The position numbers were made by a program, and so were the translations under genes. The notes under the pieces are model-generated. The model had not been told where the DNA came from. It worked only from the letters and a program-made list of their open reading frames with translations, and searched no databases. A stretch of DNA of 64,000 bases from Owenia fusiformis (Eukaryota), in NCBI GenBank assembly GCA_903813345.2, contig CAIIXF020000001.1:36394001-36458000 (forward strand). Direction: 5' to 3'. This document shows, in pieces, positions 1 through 14,417 of the stretch (the stretch's first letter is position 1; each line of letters opens with the position of its first letter).

Positions 1-3000
1 AAATACTACACTTCGATGGGATGTTTTAATTGATATAGGCATATTCCGTACACCTTTCTTTATCTTGATGTGAAATGAGAAGCGATGATATTGGTTAACA
101 CGCAGAAATGAACATAATATTATTCGAAGCGTATTTCGAAATTTTTGAAACCACCATTGATGAAGTCATTTGTTTGTCGACTTTTGACCAATCAGCGATG
201 ATGTCATCTCAATACAGATTTACATTATAAGTGTATGTCATCTTTGAACCCTGGTGTTTCTCCCCCTTTGGGTCTGACATTTTGCCATGTTATAATTGTC
301 TAATATTTATTATTATATATTTAAAATGTTGATCTTTTCGTTCTTTTATTAATTCAGGGAAAATCTTTGAATCTGCTTACTTAGTTATTTAAAACACTCT
401 TCTCAAGTTTGGATTATTAGAATTCAATGAAAAAGTGATAGGGTTGAACTTATAAATAACAATTACTTTGACTCAATGGATAGGAAACTGATCCCTCTAT
501 AAGCCATGTAGAATAATACAGATGTAGAATGTTAAGCTTATTATCTGCTCTTTCATCTTGTATTACATGTAAAACACAATCTGGGTTGTTGGTTTTAGAG
601 TATAGGGAAGAGGAAATCATTTACATGATATTTGACACACTCCTACATACACTGTGTAGGTAAAATTTAATTCCAATTTTTTTTCATTTCTTGGTTGTTT
701 TTGGTATAGGGGGTTGGAATGTATTCAAATACTGTAGGATATGAGCTAGATTAAAGAGTTGATTTTTAATTGAAGAGTGTAAATAGAGTCTAGGTTATCC
801 TAGGGTAAGGGAATGGTAATACTAGATTAAGAAGTTATTTGGTATTGTAGATGGAACTAGAACAAGACATATTATATGTGCATACTTTAATGTTAATTTC
901 ATGTTGTTTCTTCTTCAACTAAAATCAAGCCTCTTTCATTCTTATTTATGGATAAAAATGTATTTATTTATACATGTACTTCTTTTTGTGACCATTTCTT
1001 AATATTATACTATCAAACGACAATATTCTTCTATCAAACAATGCTTCAATGTCATTACTGTTTTAACTCAAATGCAATTTGACACATTTCCACAACTACC
1101 ATCGTCATGTCATCTATTACCAATTATATATAATATAATATATAATCTACTTCCAGCCATTTTTACTTATCATAATTGAGGTCACATAACCTCAACACAT
1201 TAAGTACTCATACATTTTTCTTACTAAATTAATCGCAACTTTTGCCAGAGATGGTGTTGGTGTAATTACTTCTATAATTGAGTAAGGACTGGTTTCACAG
1301 CCCTTAGAGTCTTACTGGTGTCTCATAATTCTATTAGAATACAGAATCATTTATCAATACACGAAACCTGCTGAAGTATAATTAAGTTACCCTGCCCAAT
1401 TATCTATAGTCACAAAATGTTATTATTCAACGCTTGGATGCCTGAGGCATCAATAGACTGTTATCACATTGGAAATGTGTTTTTCTATATAATTGGTTTG
1501 CCAATGTCCTGTTAGAAGTGTTACTCAATGAAATGTTTTACAAAATTTCTAAGTTGATCGAATAACAACAATGGTATTCACATGTATGACTTATTTTGTA
1601 TTTATGTTTTAAATTGTAGATTTTATAATAAAGGTTCAGTTCAAATTCTCATCATTTTATCAACACATTCATAAGTAGAGATCATTTGTATCATCAAGAT
1701 CCTGAATTCTGTTTTACAAGTTTCTTTCATTTTACCAGTCGATTGAAATTGCTAAATAATATATCATGCAGACTTGACAGATGGTTTTTCTAATGTATTC
1801 CAGCTAGAAATGATAGTGAAGATCATATCTGTGCATCTATCTGAATAAACTTTAGCACACTAAAGCCCTAAAGATAAAAACATTTACAAAGGCATTTAAA
1901 ACAACACCAGTTCCTTGTTTTACAGACCTTAACATGGTGATTTAGTTGACACCGGTTTTGACCTGTCACAATAGAGAATTTGATTTGATTTATGTTCTGA
2001 TAAAGTTATGGGATTCACATCCTTTACTATTACTCTTGGAGTACTAGTGCTGAATGCATTCATATAATATGATAGTCTCCTTTTATATAAAGCTTGTGTA
2101 TTCCAAGGGATGGAAGTGACTGTGGATCCCACAATGCTTGTGCTGTGACCCTTCCAAGCATTAGATAAACAGGGAGTCTGATGAATCAGAATGTACTGCT
2201 GATTAAGTTACTCTTATTTTCATGGTGCCAATTTTTGTATCATATCCCCAATCTTATATGCCTAAACTAATTCATTTTTGCAGTATAAGTACAATAAAAC
2301 TTTCGAATTTAGGAGTTTAATGACTCAATTAAGATTCATTCTGTAAACCAAAGACATCATTTCAGCCATTTAGAAAGTTATATTTTAGTAATAAACTATC
2401 ACTACATGACTATAACTTGTAATTAAAATCGTGAGCAAGATAAAGAAAACACAGGGGCATTGAAACATGTTAATTTAACCACCATGAATGCTCAACTAGC
2501 TAGATATATGGGAACAACATTTCATCTGGCTTCAATTAAGTCCCATCATGCTAGTTTGACCATTATGATGGACTCATAGAGATTTATGGAGCATTTTCAT
2601 ATACATTTGGGAAATAAATGTTACATATGAATCTCTGTAATGGCGACCATAAATATTCACAAAAAATGTTTCGTCTTTTATATTATGCCTTTTTCTTAAC
2701 AATATAGAAAATACCATGGACTTTCATTTATATTGTTTGAACCATGATTTCTGCACGTTTTTATTCATATGTATGTTTGAAAATTAAATCTATTAAGACA
2801 GATAAGGCCATATACAATACAGTTAAACCTGCAAAGTAGAACATACATGTATCTCACTGTAAAGAACACTTCCCTATATATTTATTATATTTATCCGATG
2901 GTCGCTATTTTTATATGGACTTCAAATAAGTAGACCTAAAAGTTGTTGTTTTCTAATTCTTTTCTATTTTTTCATTTTATTTTCTATGACCTTATTTTTA

Positions 3001-3250
3001 TAAAATGATTGCATGAAAAAATGTAACTCATTTTTACTGAGCACATAACCTTAGAACTTTATTGTCAAACAGACAAGTGGTTATCACAACTTCTTTTCAA
3101 GTTTTTGTTTTCAAATTATTTTTCAAAATATTTTTTAAATAGTATCCGTCATTTACGATTAGATATCACAATTTTAGTGGCAAATACCAAAATTATCTTG
3201 TGTTGTTATCCCCGTATATATTTAGTATCCATCGGATAAATGATAGTATT

Positions 3251-3595
3251 TATTTCTCAGTAATATTTATTTCTCATTCCAGGACATTGTAAGGAACACT
3301 CTGTATGCAGACATATCTGTATTTCTCAGTAATATTTGTTTCTCATTCCAGGACATTGTAAGGAACACTCTGTATGCAGACATATCTGTATTTCTCAGTA
3401 ATATTTATTTCTCATTCCAGTACATTGTAAGGAACACTCTGTATGCAGACATATCTGTATTTCTCAGTAATATTTATTTCTCATTCCAGTACATTGTAAG
3501 GAACACTCTGTATGCAGACATATCTGTATTTCTCAGTAATATTTATTTCTCATTCCAGGACATTGTAAAGAACACTCTGTATGCAGACATATCTG
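3251..3595 (+). repeat. 69-bp tandem repeat, 5 copies, spanning an intron/exon acceptor junction
   Basis: Unit tatttctcagtaatatttatttctcattccAG|gacattgtaaggaacactctgtatgcagacatatctg at 3251, 3320, 3389, 3458 and 3527. Confidence 0.97.
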
Positions 3596-3675
3596 TGTTG
3601 AAAGCTCACCAGGAGGATACCACTGTGAATGCAAGCATGGCTACTCACTACACCATGATGGCTTTGATTGTGTTG
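3559..3675 (+). CDS. EGFLAM-like: Pikachurin/EGFLAM-like gene, first coding exon in window (EGF domain)
   Basis: Acceptor ttccAG (3557-58), donor GTGAGT (3676); 117 nt, phase 1-1; translates (G)HCKEHSVCRHICVESSPGGYHCECKHGYSLHHDGFDCV with six EGF cysteines. Too short for the ORF track. Confidence 0.85.
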
Positions 3676-5690
3676 GTGAGTAGATAAATGATACAAATAC
3701 TCCCTTGTTAAAAATCTCCGCTAAGAAGTAGTGACATATTGCAAATAGCCATAATGTTTTTGTGACCATTGTCTCTGTGTCAGCATCATCATTTGTGTAA
3801 TTATATGCAGGTTGTGATATTTTTGATGTTTTAATGTCTTCCTGATATATCTTTATCACAGAAGTTTACTGGGAAATATATTTTTCAGTGTTGTTGATTA
3901 GAATTCGGTTCATCCTATGAAAACTAAATTACAACAAGTCAGGCAAAATTATCACTTATCAATCATGGCCTTAGTTATGTCTTTTCAGCATCTCTTGATA
4001 GAAATATGGCCTTAAATTATCAATCGCCATGCAAATACTCTTAAGCATCTCATCATAGGAGAAACACATCCTATTGGAAGAAACTTTGCCACAGGGTTAA
4101 GAGCTTTCAATGACTTCTTGGTGTATCAAATGTGTTGCTGGACAAGTATCCATCTTCAGGCAATCCATCAAGGTATTACAAGTCATATGACTGAAGGAAT
4201 ATGCTGGCTTAACAGTATATGACAAATCATGGTTCCAAAGCATTGACATTGACAGTAACTGCGGCTACATGTAGCATACACCTGTGTCTGCTTGGAAGTC
4301 ACATTGATTGTGAATACCTATAGAAGGTTTCAATCTATTAAGTCATCTCCTTGTAAAAATGCTAAATTCTCAAAATGGAAATGTAGTATTAATTTTCAAA
4401 CACAGAATAATATGGAATAGAGATTTAAAAAATACAAATTGAACAGTTTCCATGGTAAACATACTGTATATTCTCATGAATAACATTACAAAATGATGTT
4501 CCACCTTGAGAAACCAGATCTAATTTTAGATGTCAACAAATTACTTATTACCTGCTAAAACCTCAGTTATGTTACAAGATCACCGTGCTCTTGCTTTAAT
4601 TTCTCTAGATTATCTCCTATTTTGCTCTTCACAGGAGCTCAATTTTGCTTTCACCCTTAAAATTAATCGTTTGGTTTATGAAGCCCATATGTATTCGGAA
4701 AATCATGATATTACATTTTCTGCCCATAAAAGTATCTTTCTCAGATGATGAAAACCTGTTAGCTGAGCTCTAAAAATCTAATTATCTGTAAAAGCATGAA
4801 GAGGTTTTGAGCTGTCCTCTAGGGTCCTCATTCATCTAGGACATTTGCAGGATTTTGCCTGAGGTTTTATATAGAAATCATTGAGTAGATATTTGATAAT
4901 GCTAAAGCACAAGATGGAGTAGATCATGATCTAAACAGCCTGCCCCAAATTTTTTTTTCAAGTTTTATGACCTATTTCCCCACCATGCAATGTTGTTGCA
5001 CAGATTTCTAAGCCTTGCATTTGTTATAACTACAGCATGGGACTGGAATTTATATTGGATCTCTCAAGATCTAAAATGGTTGGTTTTAATGCATTCTGAT
5101 CTCATTGATTCAGTAAATACACTTAGGGGGTATTAGTAAGATCAATGAAATTGCAAAAAGGAAAGAGTTAAAAGGGTTTGATTGTCTCTTGAAAAGTAGA
5201 TATTTCCCTTTTCCTTCCTGTATGAAGTGACTTTCTATTTGTTCCTGAACACTGAACATGACTTTTTGGGAGTTTTGCATGGAGATGCAATCGGTCATCC
5301 TCCTATTAATTTCCCAACAAACTAGTACTTGTTAGACAGGCAGAATGGTTGGAAAACACTGAGCTTGATAGAAAGCTAATCTTTTAGGAATTCTGTTGGT
5401 TTTATGAGTTCTGCAAAAGGGTCACATCTTTGGTCATCTTTGGTCTTTTGTGTTTTGTTCTTTATAAGTTATGGGGCTCAGAGTACAAACATGTAGTATG
5501 TTTATCTTTGACTGTCCTTTTCTTTTGTGTTCTCATTGAGATGAATATTGTTTGGTGACTCATATGCATGATCCTAATGAAGAAGCACTCAGAGTTGACA
5601 TTGTCTAAAGAGAAGGGTTTGTCACTCATAAATCAAATGCATAAGCCAGCTTGGAGTTGCCACTACAGTAGAAGAAATACATGTACCTAT

Positions 5691-6389
5691 CATAGGCGTA
5701 GCAAGTGGGGGGGTTGCGCTGGGTGCCCATAACCAATAACAATAGAACCACTACCCTTTGCATTCGTTTGACTACACTTCTTAAAAGAGAGCTTCGTCTT
5801 CACTCTTTCAAACTAAAATAAATCTGTGAACTCACCGCGCCAATCAGTGTTCGTCGGCCAAATTTGACCGACGTTCTTTATATGGTCATTCCTTCTGACG
5901 TAATCGTTGAGCCCGGAATTGACCAATGACATGCGCATATTTAATAAGAACGCATTTGCCGTATGTTTCTTCAAGCTCGCTGATTGGTGGAAGGTCAGCG
6001 CGTAGGTCAAAAGTGATTTACCCATACTGTCACCGGTACCCGTCATGGGGCGGGGCTACTAAACTGTAATATGGTCTCTACTAAGCAGAGTGTAGTTTAA
6101 CTAGACTCTGCACGCAGGGTATAGAACCACAAGATAGAAGACGAAAAGAGCTTTAGGATGTTTTTTATTTAAAGCTTCTAGCTCAGGTTTGAAGGAAGTT
6201 ACATCAATTTTTGTAAAAAATCTTAAACATTCCAATTTTTTTGCCTTGTTTATGCCATGATCGCACTCCCTCCTGACTGAAAAGCAAAACGAATTTTGGC
6301 AATCACACCCCCCCCCCCCCCCCCCCGACTGAAAACCGAAACGAAATTGGCGATCACACCCCCCTGACTGAAAGCTGGCTATGCCCCTG
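5691..6389 (-). mobile_element. GC-rich MITE (CAGGGGCGTAGC-type termini, hAT-like) containing a nested insertion
   Basis: Ends cataggcgtagc...gctatgcccctg; right part is the reverse complement of the element at 41881; no clean TSD. Confidence 0.6.
5752..6121. mobile_element. Non-autonomous DNA transposon, TACCCT...AGGGTA termini, 9-bp TSD
   Basis: TSD tagaaccac at 5743-5751 and 6122-6130; CpG-rich inside a CpG-poor intron; shorter sibling at 43632. Confidence 0.8.
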
Positions 6390-9110
6390 CCTGTAGTTGA
6401 TGTCTTTTCAAAGAAACTGATATCATAAATTGAGGTTTGCCCAATGCTTTTACTTTAAGATCATGACATTTACTACCTCCAAAAAACGATGGTCTATTTG
6501 ACCACAATTCTGCACACGTTCCATCTTATGATTTGTCTGTCAAGATTGTGTTTTAGTTGATATGCATACTTTTATTTCTTAACATGAATAAATGGTATTT
6601 TTCTATTTTAACAGTTTAAGTTACTGTATCCATGTGGTTATAGACCAAGCCTAAAACATTTTCGATCAAGCAATCTGGTTGGGGAACATGTCAAAGTAGT
6701 TACAGCTGTGAAAAATGTAATCATTTATGTTTAGGGTGGGGTTATGAGACAATGTCTTTTTTGAAAATGTATATTTTTACCTAGACTATTAAACTTTGCA
6801 GTTCTACATAAAGGTCTGATCTAACTTCAGTATAAACTAAAAATGTCAGCTTGAATTATTGAAAATAAAATTTGAATGAAGTAAAATCAAGAGAATTAGA
6901 AATCAAAATTTTGAAAATGTCAACATTTGGGCAAGATCCCTTAAGATATTATCTGTAGGTTGTAAGGCTGACATCTTTGGCATTTGCAATACCAACATGA
7001 TGATCAATATCTCTGATGTGGTGAATCATCTTGTTCTTGGAAAATATAATCTTCTACCACTGGAGGAGAGATACATAATTACCAAGATTAGTTGCATATT
7101 AGAGTAGAGCATAAAGCACTCCACCCCATCTGCTTGTAGTACTTTGTAATGTAATGATGAGCCATACAGATGAGTATTAGTAATTTAACATGGTGAATCT
7201 GGAGTAGATCTACTCTTGGATCACCATTCCAGATCTATTTTAACAGAATAACAATGGGAATTGTTTGAAAGTGATGTTATGTAATATGTGCTGAATTAAG
7301 CTTGGCACATGGGGAAACATTTAAAACATCCAAATATACACAAAATAAAGGAGACTAGAGTCTTGTGTAAAGTATCTGGTATACCTGGGGGGGGGGGTTG
7401 TATGGAGCTCTGATGTAAATGTAATGTTTAATAACAGCACTCCTCCTTAATCTTCCAATAATTGATGAGTAAGAAGATATCCAATATATACTTCCATCGT
7501 GAGATATCACAGCATTCTCTCAGTTTCCTTCTAGAATGCTTGTGCATTGCAGAGATGGTCTGAGTATCAGAATGATGTACTTCTATACTGTATATCATAC
7601 ATCAAATATCTCACATCAAATGGTCAAGATTCTCGTTAAACCTATGAATAAATAAATAGTAATTTTTCTGTACTTAAGCATCCTTATTAGTGTTTCACTT
7701 CTTTCCTTTGCTGTCAGGAATCTTTGACCTGCATCACTGACCCAGGTCTTATGAAAGGAATTGGAGGCATTGGAATACTGTACATGAACCTTTGGATCAA
7801 GGATGAGATATACTATTAGGGTTATTGTGCCATCCTATCCATTAAGGTCTCATTACTTGTTGACTTCTTGCTTTCCTACCTAATATTTTTTAATTAAAAG
7901 CCTGACCTGCAATGACATTCTATTCATGGTTGACCAAGTGAAGTGGAATAATCTGAGTGATGTGATGTAGCTCTAATAGAATCAATTTCACACAGATATT
8001 ACTCTCTGTGCCTTAAAACAGAGACAGCCAATCAGTGTTCCATAATTTATTTCTTCAAAGATTCATCTCTTGGCTATAAAAGGATCTCATGAAATATTGT
8101 TTCTGGGGTGAACCAAGCATAGAAATTGGTGTGGTAGATTAAGAGAGCTGTTTACATGGAAGAAGACTATGAGGACTTCTACCCATCACAACAGCCTCAG
8201 AGTGTGTGGGGTGGTCACAAGGACTTGGCAAGATTACATGTACATTGTTTTTTATACTCTAAATTCTGAGATGATTTCTTGATAAATAATCTTAATCCAA
8301 TTAGACTATGTAGTCCTTATCATATGGCCCTTTATTTTCTACCTGTATGCAGTGGCAATGTCAGGAAGAAAAATGACGAGGCAAAATATATTTTCAAACC
8401 TGTTAAAAAAGTGATGAGGCAAGCGCCTTGTCTGCCTCATCCTGGCTACAGTTATGTAGCCAACATTCATTTTTTGCATTCCTGCTCCAAGCTCTTGATC
8501 GAAAGCCCATGTTCCAAGTAAACACCAAAAGCTACATTAAATGATAAGCCCTAGCAGTGCAATGAGTGCATGGCATCTCATTTTCTTCTCATTTTCTTCT
8601 CAGCCATGGGAATAATGGTTTTAGTGAAGCAGAAAGAATTGATAAATATCTGAATGCAAAAAACTACTTTATGAGATTTATTAAGGTCCTAAGATCAGCC
8701 ATCTTGCTTCAGCCATCTTGCTTCCTCAAGTTCGGACCTGTCCTCATATGATAGAATCTGTAAAATCATATTTAATAGTCAGAGGGTACATGTACATATA
8801 ATATATAAGGGTACATGTGGTGTGATGGGTATGCAGGTTCCAGAATGCTCAATTTTGATTCTACCAGCAGCAGTATTAATTGGCTTCATAATCACTACTA
8901 ATCACATTTTGTCAACAAAGTGAACATCTATATTAATTTCATTTGCATATCCCTGGCTTGAAAACACACACTTATAATTACCAGTGCATTAAATTTTATT
9001 TTGTCATTATATTAGAATTGAAATGTAGAAGACTAAAGGAATAAAGTGAACATTTATAAAAGCAGAACACTAACTTGACAAAAATGCATGAAAACAGATA
9101 CTCTCAGGTA

Positions 9111-10102
9111 CAGGGTGACCGGAAAAAAGGAGACCATTGAAGTAATCAATTTCTCCTAAACTAGACAAGTGCCATCAATGAAATTTTGCATACACTGGAA
9201 CAGTTATATGGAAATTTGTTACTGAAGGTTTCAATACAAGCATTCAACTGGTTCAGGAGCTATGATCATTTACATAACATGCTCCAAATAGGCACAATTG
9301 AGACCAACGCAGAGTTGGATTCATATGGCAAACTACCCTTACATGTTCTGCCCTCTATGGCATTATTATGGCATTACATATAGCAGTGATTGCCTTCTTT
9401 AGGTCAACAATAGTCTGAGGATTGTTTTGGTATAGATTGTCTTTCAAATATCCATACAAAAAGAAATCAGCAGGATTCAAGTCTAGGCTGTAATGGCAAT
9501 GAAGGGTTATCTGACATGTGGTTCATCATCCTGTTGCCAAAGTGCTGATTTACCAAATCTTAAGAGTCACTTTAGGTATTGGGCATAGTGCCATGTTACT
9601 AAAACCACTATATGGAACAATTAAATCCCATATGAAAACCAAGGGCTGCCCCAAACCTCCTTAGGATGATACTGTAACTGAGTGGGACCACTGAGTCCGA
9701 AGCCATAGGTCAGATAAGCTTCGTCTCCATACACCTCAAATTTGAATCCACCTGATTTCTTTTTGTGGGGCAATTTGAAAGACAATGTGTACCAAAACAA
9801 TCCTGAGACAATTGCTGACCTAAAGGTGGCAATAAATGCTAAATGTAATGCCATAACAAGGTCGGAATATGTAAGGGTATTTGCCAAATGTATCCAGCTC
9901 TGCGTTGGTCTCAATTGCGCCTATTTGGAGCATGTTATGTAAATGATCATAGCTCCTGAACCAGTTGACTGCTTGTATTGACACTTTCAGGAACAAATTT
10001 CCATAGAACTGTCCTGATGTATGCAAAATTTCATTGATGTCACTAGTCTATTTTAGGAGATATTGCCTATTTCAATGGTCTCCTTTTTTTCCGGTCACCC
10101 TG
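9111..10102. mobile_element. Tc1/mariner fold-back element built from two inverted transposase 3' ends
   Basis: TA|CAGGGTGACCGGAAAAAAGGAGACCATTGAA and its inverse ending CCGGTCACCCTG|TA; ~370 bp inverted arms; both arms encode the (SPD)LNPxDFFLxGxLKDNxYQNNPxTI motif (ORF 9742-9942 and the minus strand near 9400-9495). Confidence 0.92.
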
Positions 10103-13100
10103 TACATTTCAGAGAAAAGAGTAATTAGATAAGGTATAATCAGAGTGAAATTTGAAGCCTGGGTAATCATATCCTTATTGTCCAAACATCTTATACAGAC
10201 TTCAATTATCCTCAATAATTAATTTAAACATCTTATTGGGGCTAATATTTGTCTACGATTCCAGGCTGGCTTGCAATGCTGTATTCTTCAAATGAATCAA
10301 TTCCTTTGTGCAAAGTTTATCATGAATGTGCTTCTTATTCTTCTCTTGAAAATGACTGCTTTTAAACATTTTTTTCTTAACAGTACATGTATGCAATATA
10401 CATCAACTTCATGTCTGTTTACTTTATCCTTTTCACTTTACATTTTTACAACAACCTTTGCAACATTATTCTCTCTGGATATATCTTCGTATGGAGATTT
10501 CCCAGACTCATCTCTTGGTTTAATTGAATTCCCATAAGTACTGTTACGTAATCAGATCAGTAATATTGATACAGAATCAATTTAGAAATATCTCTTTGCT
10601 TGGTGATTTTATATTTTGCCTTTTTGTATGAAAATGACAGCCAGAATTCTTCAACAAAATCTATTACTCATCATTCTGTACATATAAAAAGAGTAAATAA
10701 AAAAGCTAACATGAAAGCAGTTGTTGGGTTGCTATGGTAACCTGTTGCCTAATTATCTTCAAATGATCAGCCTCAATAGACAAATTTACCAATTAGTTGC
10801 AAAGTGTGATCCTAACTTATTGCAGCTATGATTTAACCAGACAGCTTCAATTGAATTTCTTCGTTTTTGATCTTCATCGTGTTTGAATTCATCAAGCTTC
10901 TGTCTTATTTTCATCTCACATTTCATCAATTACATGTACTCTAATCTCATTGTCTAACAGTAGTACAATATAAAAATTTAAAGGACTTCTGCATAGGTGT
11001 AGTCAGGGGGATGTGTGTGAACACCCCCCCCCCCCTCTCTCCCCTAAACCAATAAAAATAAGATCATTGGAAAGAGGAAAAAAAGAACTTTAAAATGCTT
11101 TTTATGTGGAGCTTTTAGCTTAATTTTGAAGGAAGTTCCATCAATTTTTGTAGAATTTAGAGCAACAAGACAAGAAAACATCGAGGGCAGAACCAGTCAT
11201 ATTTGGAAAACAAACCAAATATCAACAATCGGCCACCACCTGTTGTAATCAACAAAAAAACTTTCTTTTATTGAATCTTGAACTTTGTATTATATGGTTG
11301 TTTTTTTCTTTGCCAGTGTCACCTCTCATGACCCATCATGTTCTCTGAATGTATAGAGGATACATTATATTTTAGTTTATTGACATTGGAAATCATCATC
11401 TTCAGGAATAATGCCCATGAAGGAAGTCTTGTACTAGAATTAATTGACTTAATGTTTCCCTTTGTTTTCGTGTGACTGGACATCAAATCACATTGAAATT
11501 GATTGTGTTTATTTATGGCTTGTTATCAGGTGTTTCCTTTATACAAAGTACCTGTCTGTTAGAAATGTTATAGGGCTGAATATTGTCTTGTTTTGGTTAT
11601 GAAAGGAAGCTATAAACTTTTATATCTTGGAATACAATGTTATAAACCATCGATAATTTTGTATTTGGGCTTGTGTCTTAATTTTATGTCTTTGTTGTCC
11701 ATGTACCTTTTATCGATGGACCCCTCCCTTTTATAGTTCTCGTTTTAGTTTCTATGGCAACCAGATCATTTTTAGCTACACTCTACACATCTATGAGCAG
11801 AGAAATAATTTTTCATTTGGGAATATTCTGAATGGTAGTTATCTATTAAACAAGCTAGATATTACTTGTGTATCTATTTCATTATTAACCAGAAACACCA
11901 GAGCTTCCCACAAAGGGATTGGATATGCACATATTGGTTTTATCATGGAATTATTTTCAAGATTTTTCTTCAATGTTGCAGTAATATGAACTCATTGTGG
12001 TTTATCAGGCCTTCTCTTAGCTATGCAGAAAATAAGCTTTGGATGCCACAGATGATGTGTCCCCAAAGAGTGTATGTGAAACCAGATTATACAAATTGTC
12101 ATTGTAGAACATAAGACCAATATTCATATTTTATCTTGAATTCCTTTCTTTTTAATCAAATGCTGAGTCTTTATTTTTGCATCATTTGTTGCTTGATTGT
12201 TGCATTGCCAAGGAATCTTTAACCAAGCTATTTATGGAAGTCATCAGTGATTTTGATCCCAGACTTGAAAATTGTGTATTAGCTTCTCTTACTGTATAAT
12301 GGATTCTTCATTGAACCTGAACTTATGGGATCAACATTATAATGTCCAATAATGTGCTTGACATTTGGTTTAATAAATCATGAATATTCCAAAATGAATA
12401 CTCTGATAATGAGACCTGCCATTTAATATTAATTGATATCGTTTCTCATTATTACCTCTAAATTAACATTTGCTCCAATTCAATTAATTTTTATTGCCTA
12501 TTATGAATGATCAAAGTGTGAAATATTAATTTGGTATTCCTGTATTCAGGTGATAATGTGTTCTCTAGGGGTTACATTAACTTTCCCCTCTTTATTTGGC
12601 ACTTGGTTGACACTTGGGCTTTCAATAGATTGAATGCCCTTGGTTGACAGTTGGATTTCATACACATTTGATTTTGATACTTTATTGTAGAAACACTGAA
12701 TCTATTCCTGGCAATTCATCAAAAAGTATTTTTGCTTTGAATCTCTTTATGATAGACCCAAAGCATCCTTCAAGATCAGACATCACTGTCCCAGCTCATG
12801 GAATAAATTGAAATACCCTTGGACCCACAGGCCTTGAAGGTTTTTTCCCTTACCCCTTGTAAACTTGTAAGCCCATCACTTGTAACTGTGGTTAACTTAG
12901 TTTATAAAGTTAATAATAACTACTCTTTACCACTACAAGGCCTTCTTCACTTACTTAAGGAGGTGGGGTCTACCATATCTCTGCATTCCTTTTAGACCCC
13001 TTAGAGCCTTTTTGGGGCTTATACTTTATCTCAATATGTAGACTTCATTCAGATTGTAATCACATATTTCTGTTTTAATTATAAATAGCAATGATGCTAG

Positions 13101-14417
13101 TTGATTACATGAGATGATCAATAAATTTTGTCTATTGCATAATTGGGCTTTTCTTCTTTGGCACAAAATACGGATGGGGACATCACCTTATTATTGGAAG
13201 TGTTGAATCTCCTTTGGACAGTTAGGTGTGATTGTTAAACACTTCTGCCCAGTAATTAGACCAGGCAAGTGTCAAAGCAGACTGACTTTCAGCTTGATCA
13301 GACAATTTGCTATTCCGTTTCCATCTTTGATAAATTTCTAGGGTAAGATTATCTAAGGAAGCAAGATTAAATGTCAATGAAATTATTTGTGTCCTGTATC
13401 CATCAATATATCTATTAAATATCTATTCAAAATGGTAAGATTTGTATAGTACATGTAGTTAATGCATATGTCAATATACATTCAAAGCGCAAAAGGCAAA
13501 AATAGCAGAAGTAAGATAGATATACATATATACATAAATTAGTTATTTACAATAAAAAAGAATTGCATGTAGAGTGCATGTGCATATATATCAGTTGGCA
13601 AGAATTCCTTTTTGATCACCAGGTCTAAAATAGAATAAAATGCAATTCACCTACTGTTGTTGATGTTGAAAAAGATAACAGGATTAGAATTGTGTTATTT
13701 AATGCAATTCACATGATGTGTATATGAATACTGCCATATTGTTGAGGATCACTGGTATGCGACTAAATTATTCAAAGATTCTTCTGTTTTGTCTGGCTCT
13801 CATTAATTTTATATGAGGTCAAACCAAGGTCTTGATATGATGTGTTCTAGTCACGTTGTTGTTTGAAATCGATATAGAGCTGCAACATATAGCCAATTAT
13901 TAATCTCGTCTGCCCAGGGGTCTAATTTTCTAACTTTCGAAATGTTCGTTAAATGCACCTTGAATGATAATCATGGTGTACCTATGTGGTCTATGCGTGT
14001 AGGTCATCCCTAGAGTCTATCAAGTCATGTGTTGCATCGGTGATTGCTTGCTGGTCAGACTCGAACAACTCCTGTTTTATCTCATTAGTATTCTCAATGT
14101 CTTCAGAACAGTAAAGGTCTCTATAAACAGTTACAATTATTGTTATTTTGTTTTATCTGATGATATCACTGATTTATTCAGTTTGAACTGGGTGTCGATA
14201 TATAACAGGAAGATCAGATGTTTTGCCACAGGCTGCCTATGCCCGGGTGCCCATGCCATTTAACCCATTCTTTTGACCAAAATACCTCTTTAACTTATGG
14301 GTTAAGAGTTTATTTATGGGAAATTATATTTTATATAAATATGATTGAATGCATGATTTTGATATCATATTTTGAAAAATGCAAATGTATTCATGATTCT
14401 GTTTTTTTACATTGTAG

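Noticed and set aside
1..3250. Signal-peptide first exon of the EGFLAM-like gene
   Set aside because: No ATG-initiated hydrophobic frame ending in a phase-1 donor could be identified; it probably lies upstream of the window.
3251..3595. CRISPR-like regular repeats (also 21673-21866 and 53820-54325)
   Set aside because: Units are contiguous with no unique spacers, there are no cas genes, and the context is eukaryotic.
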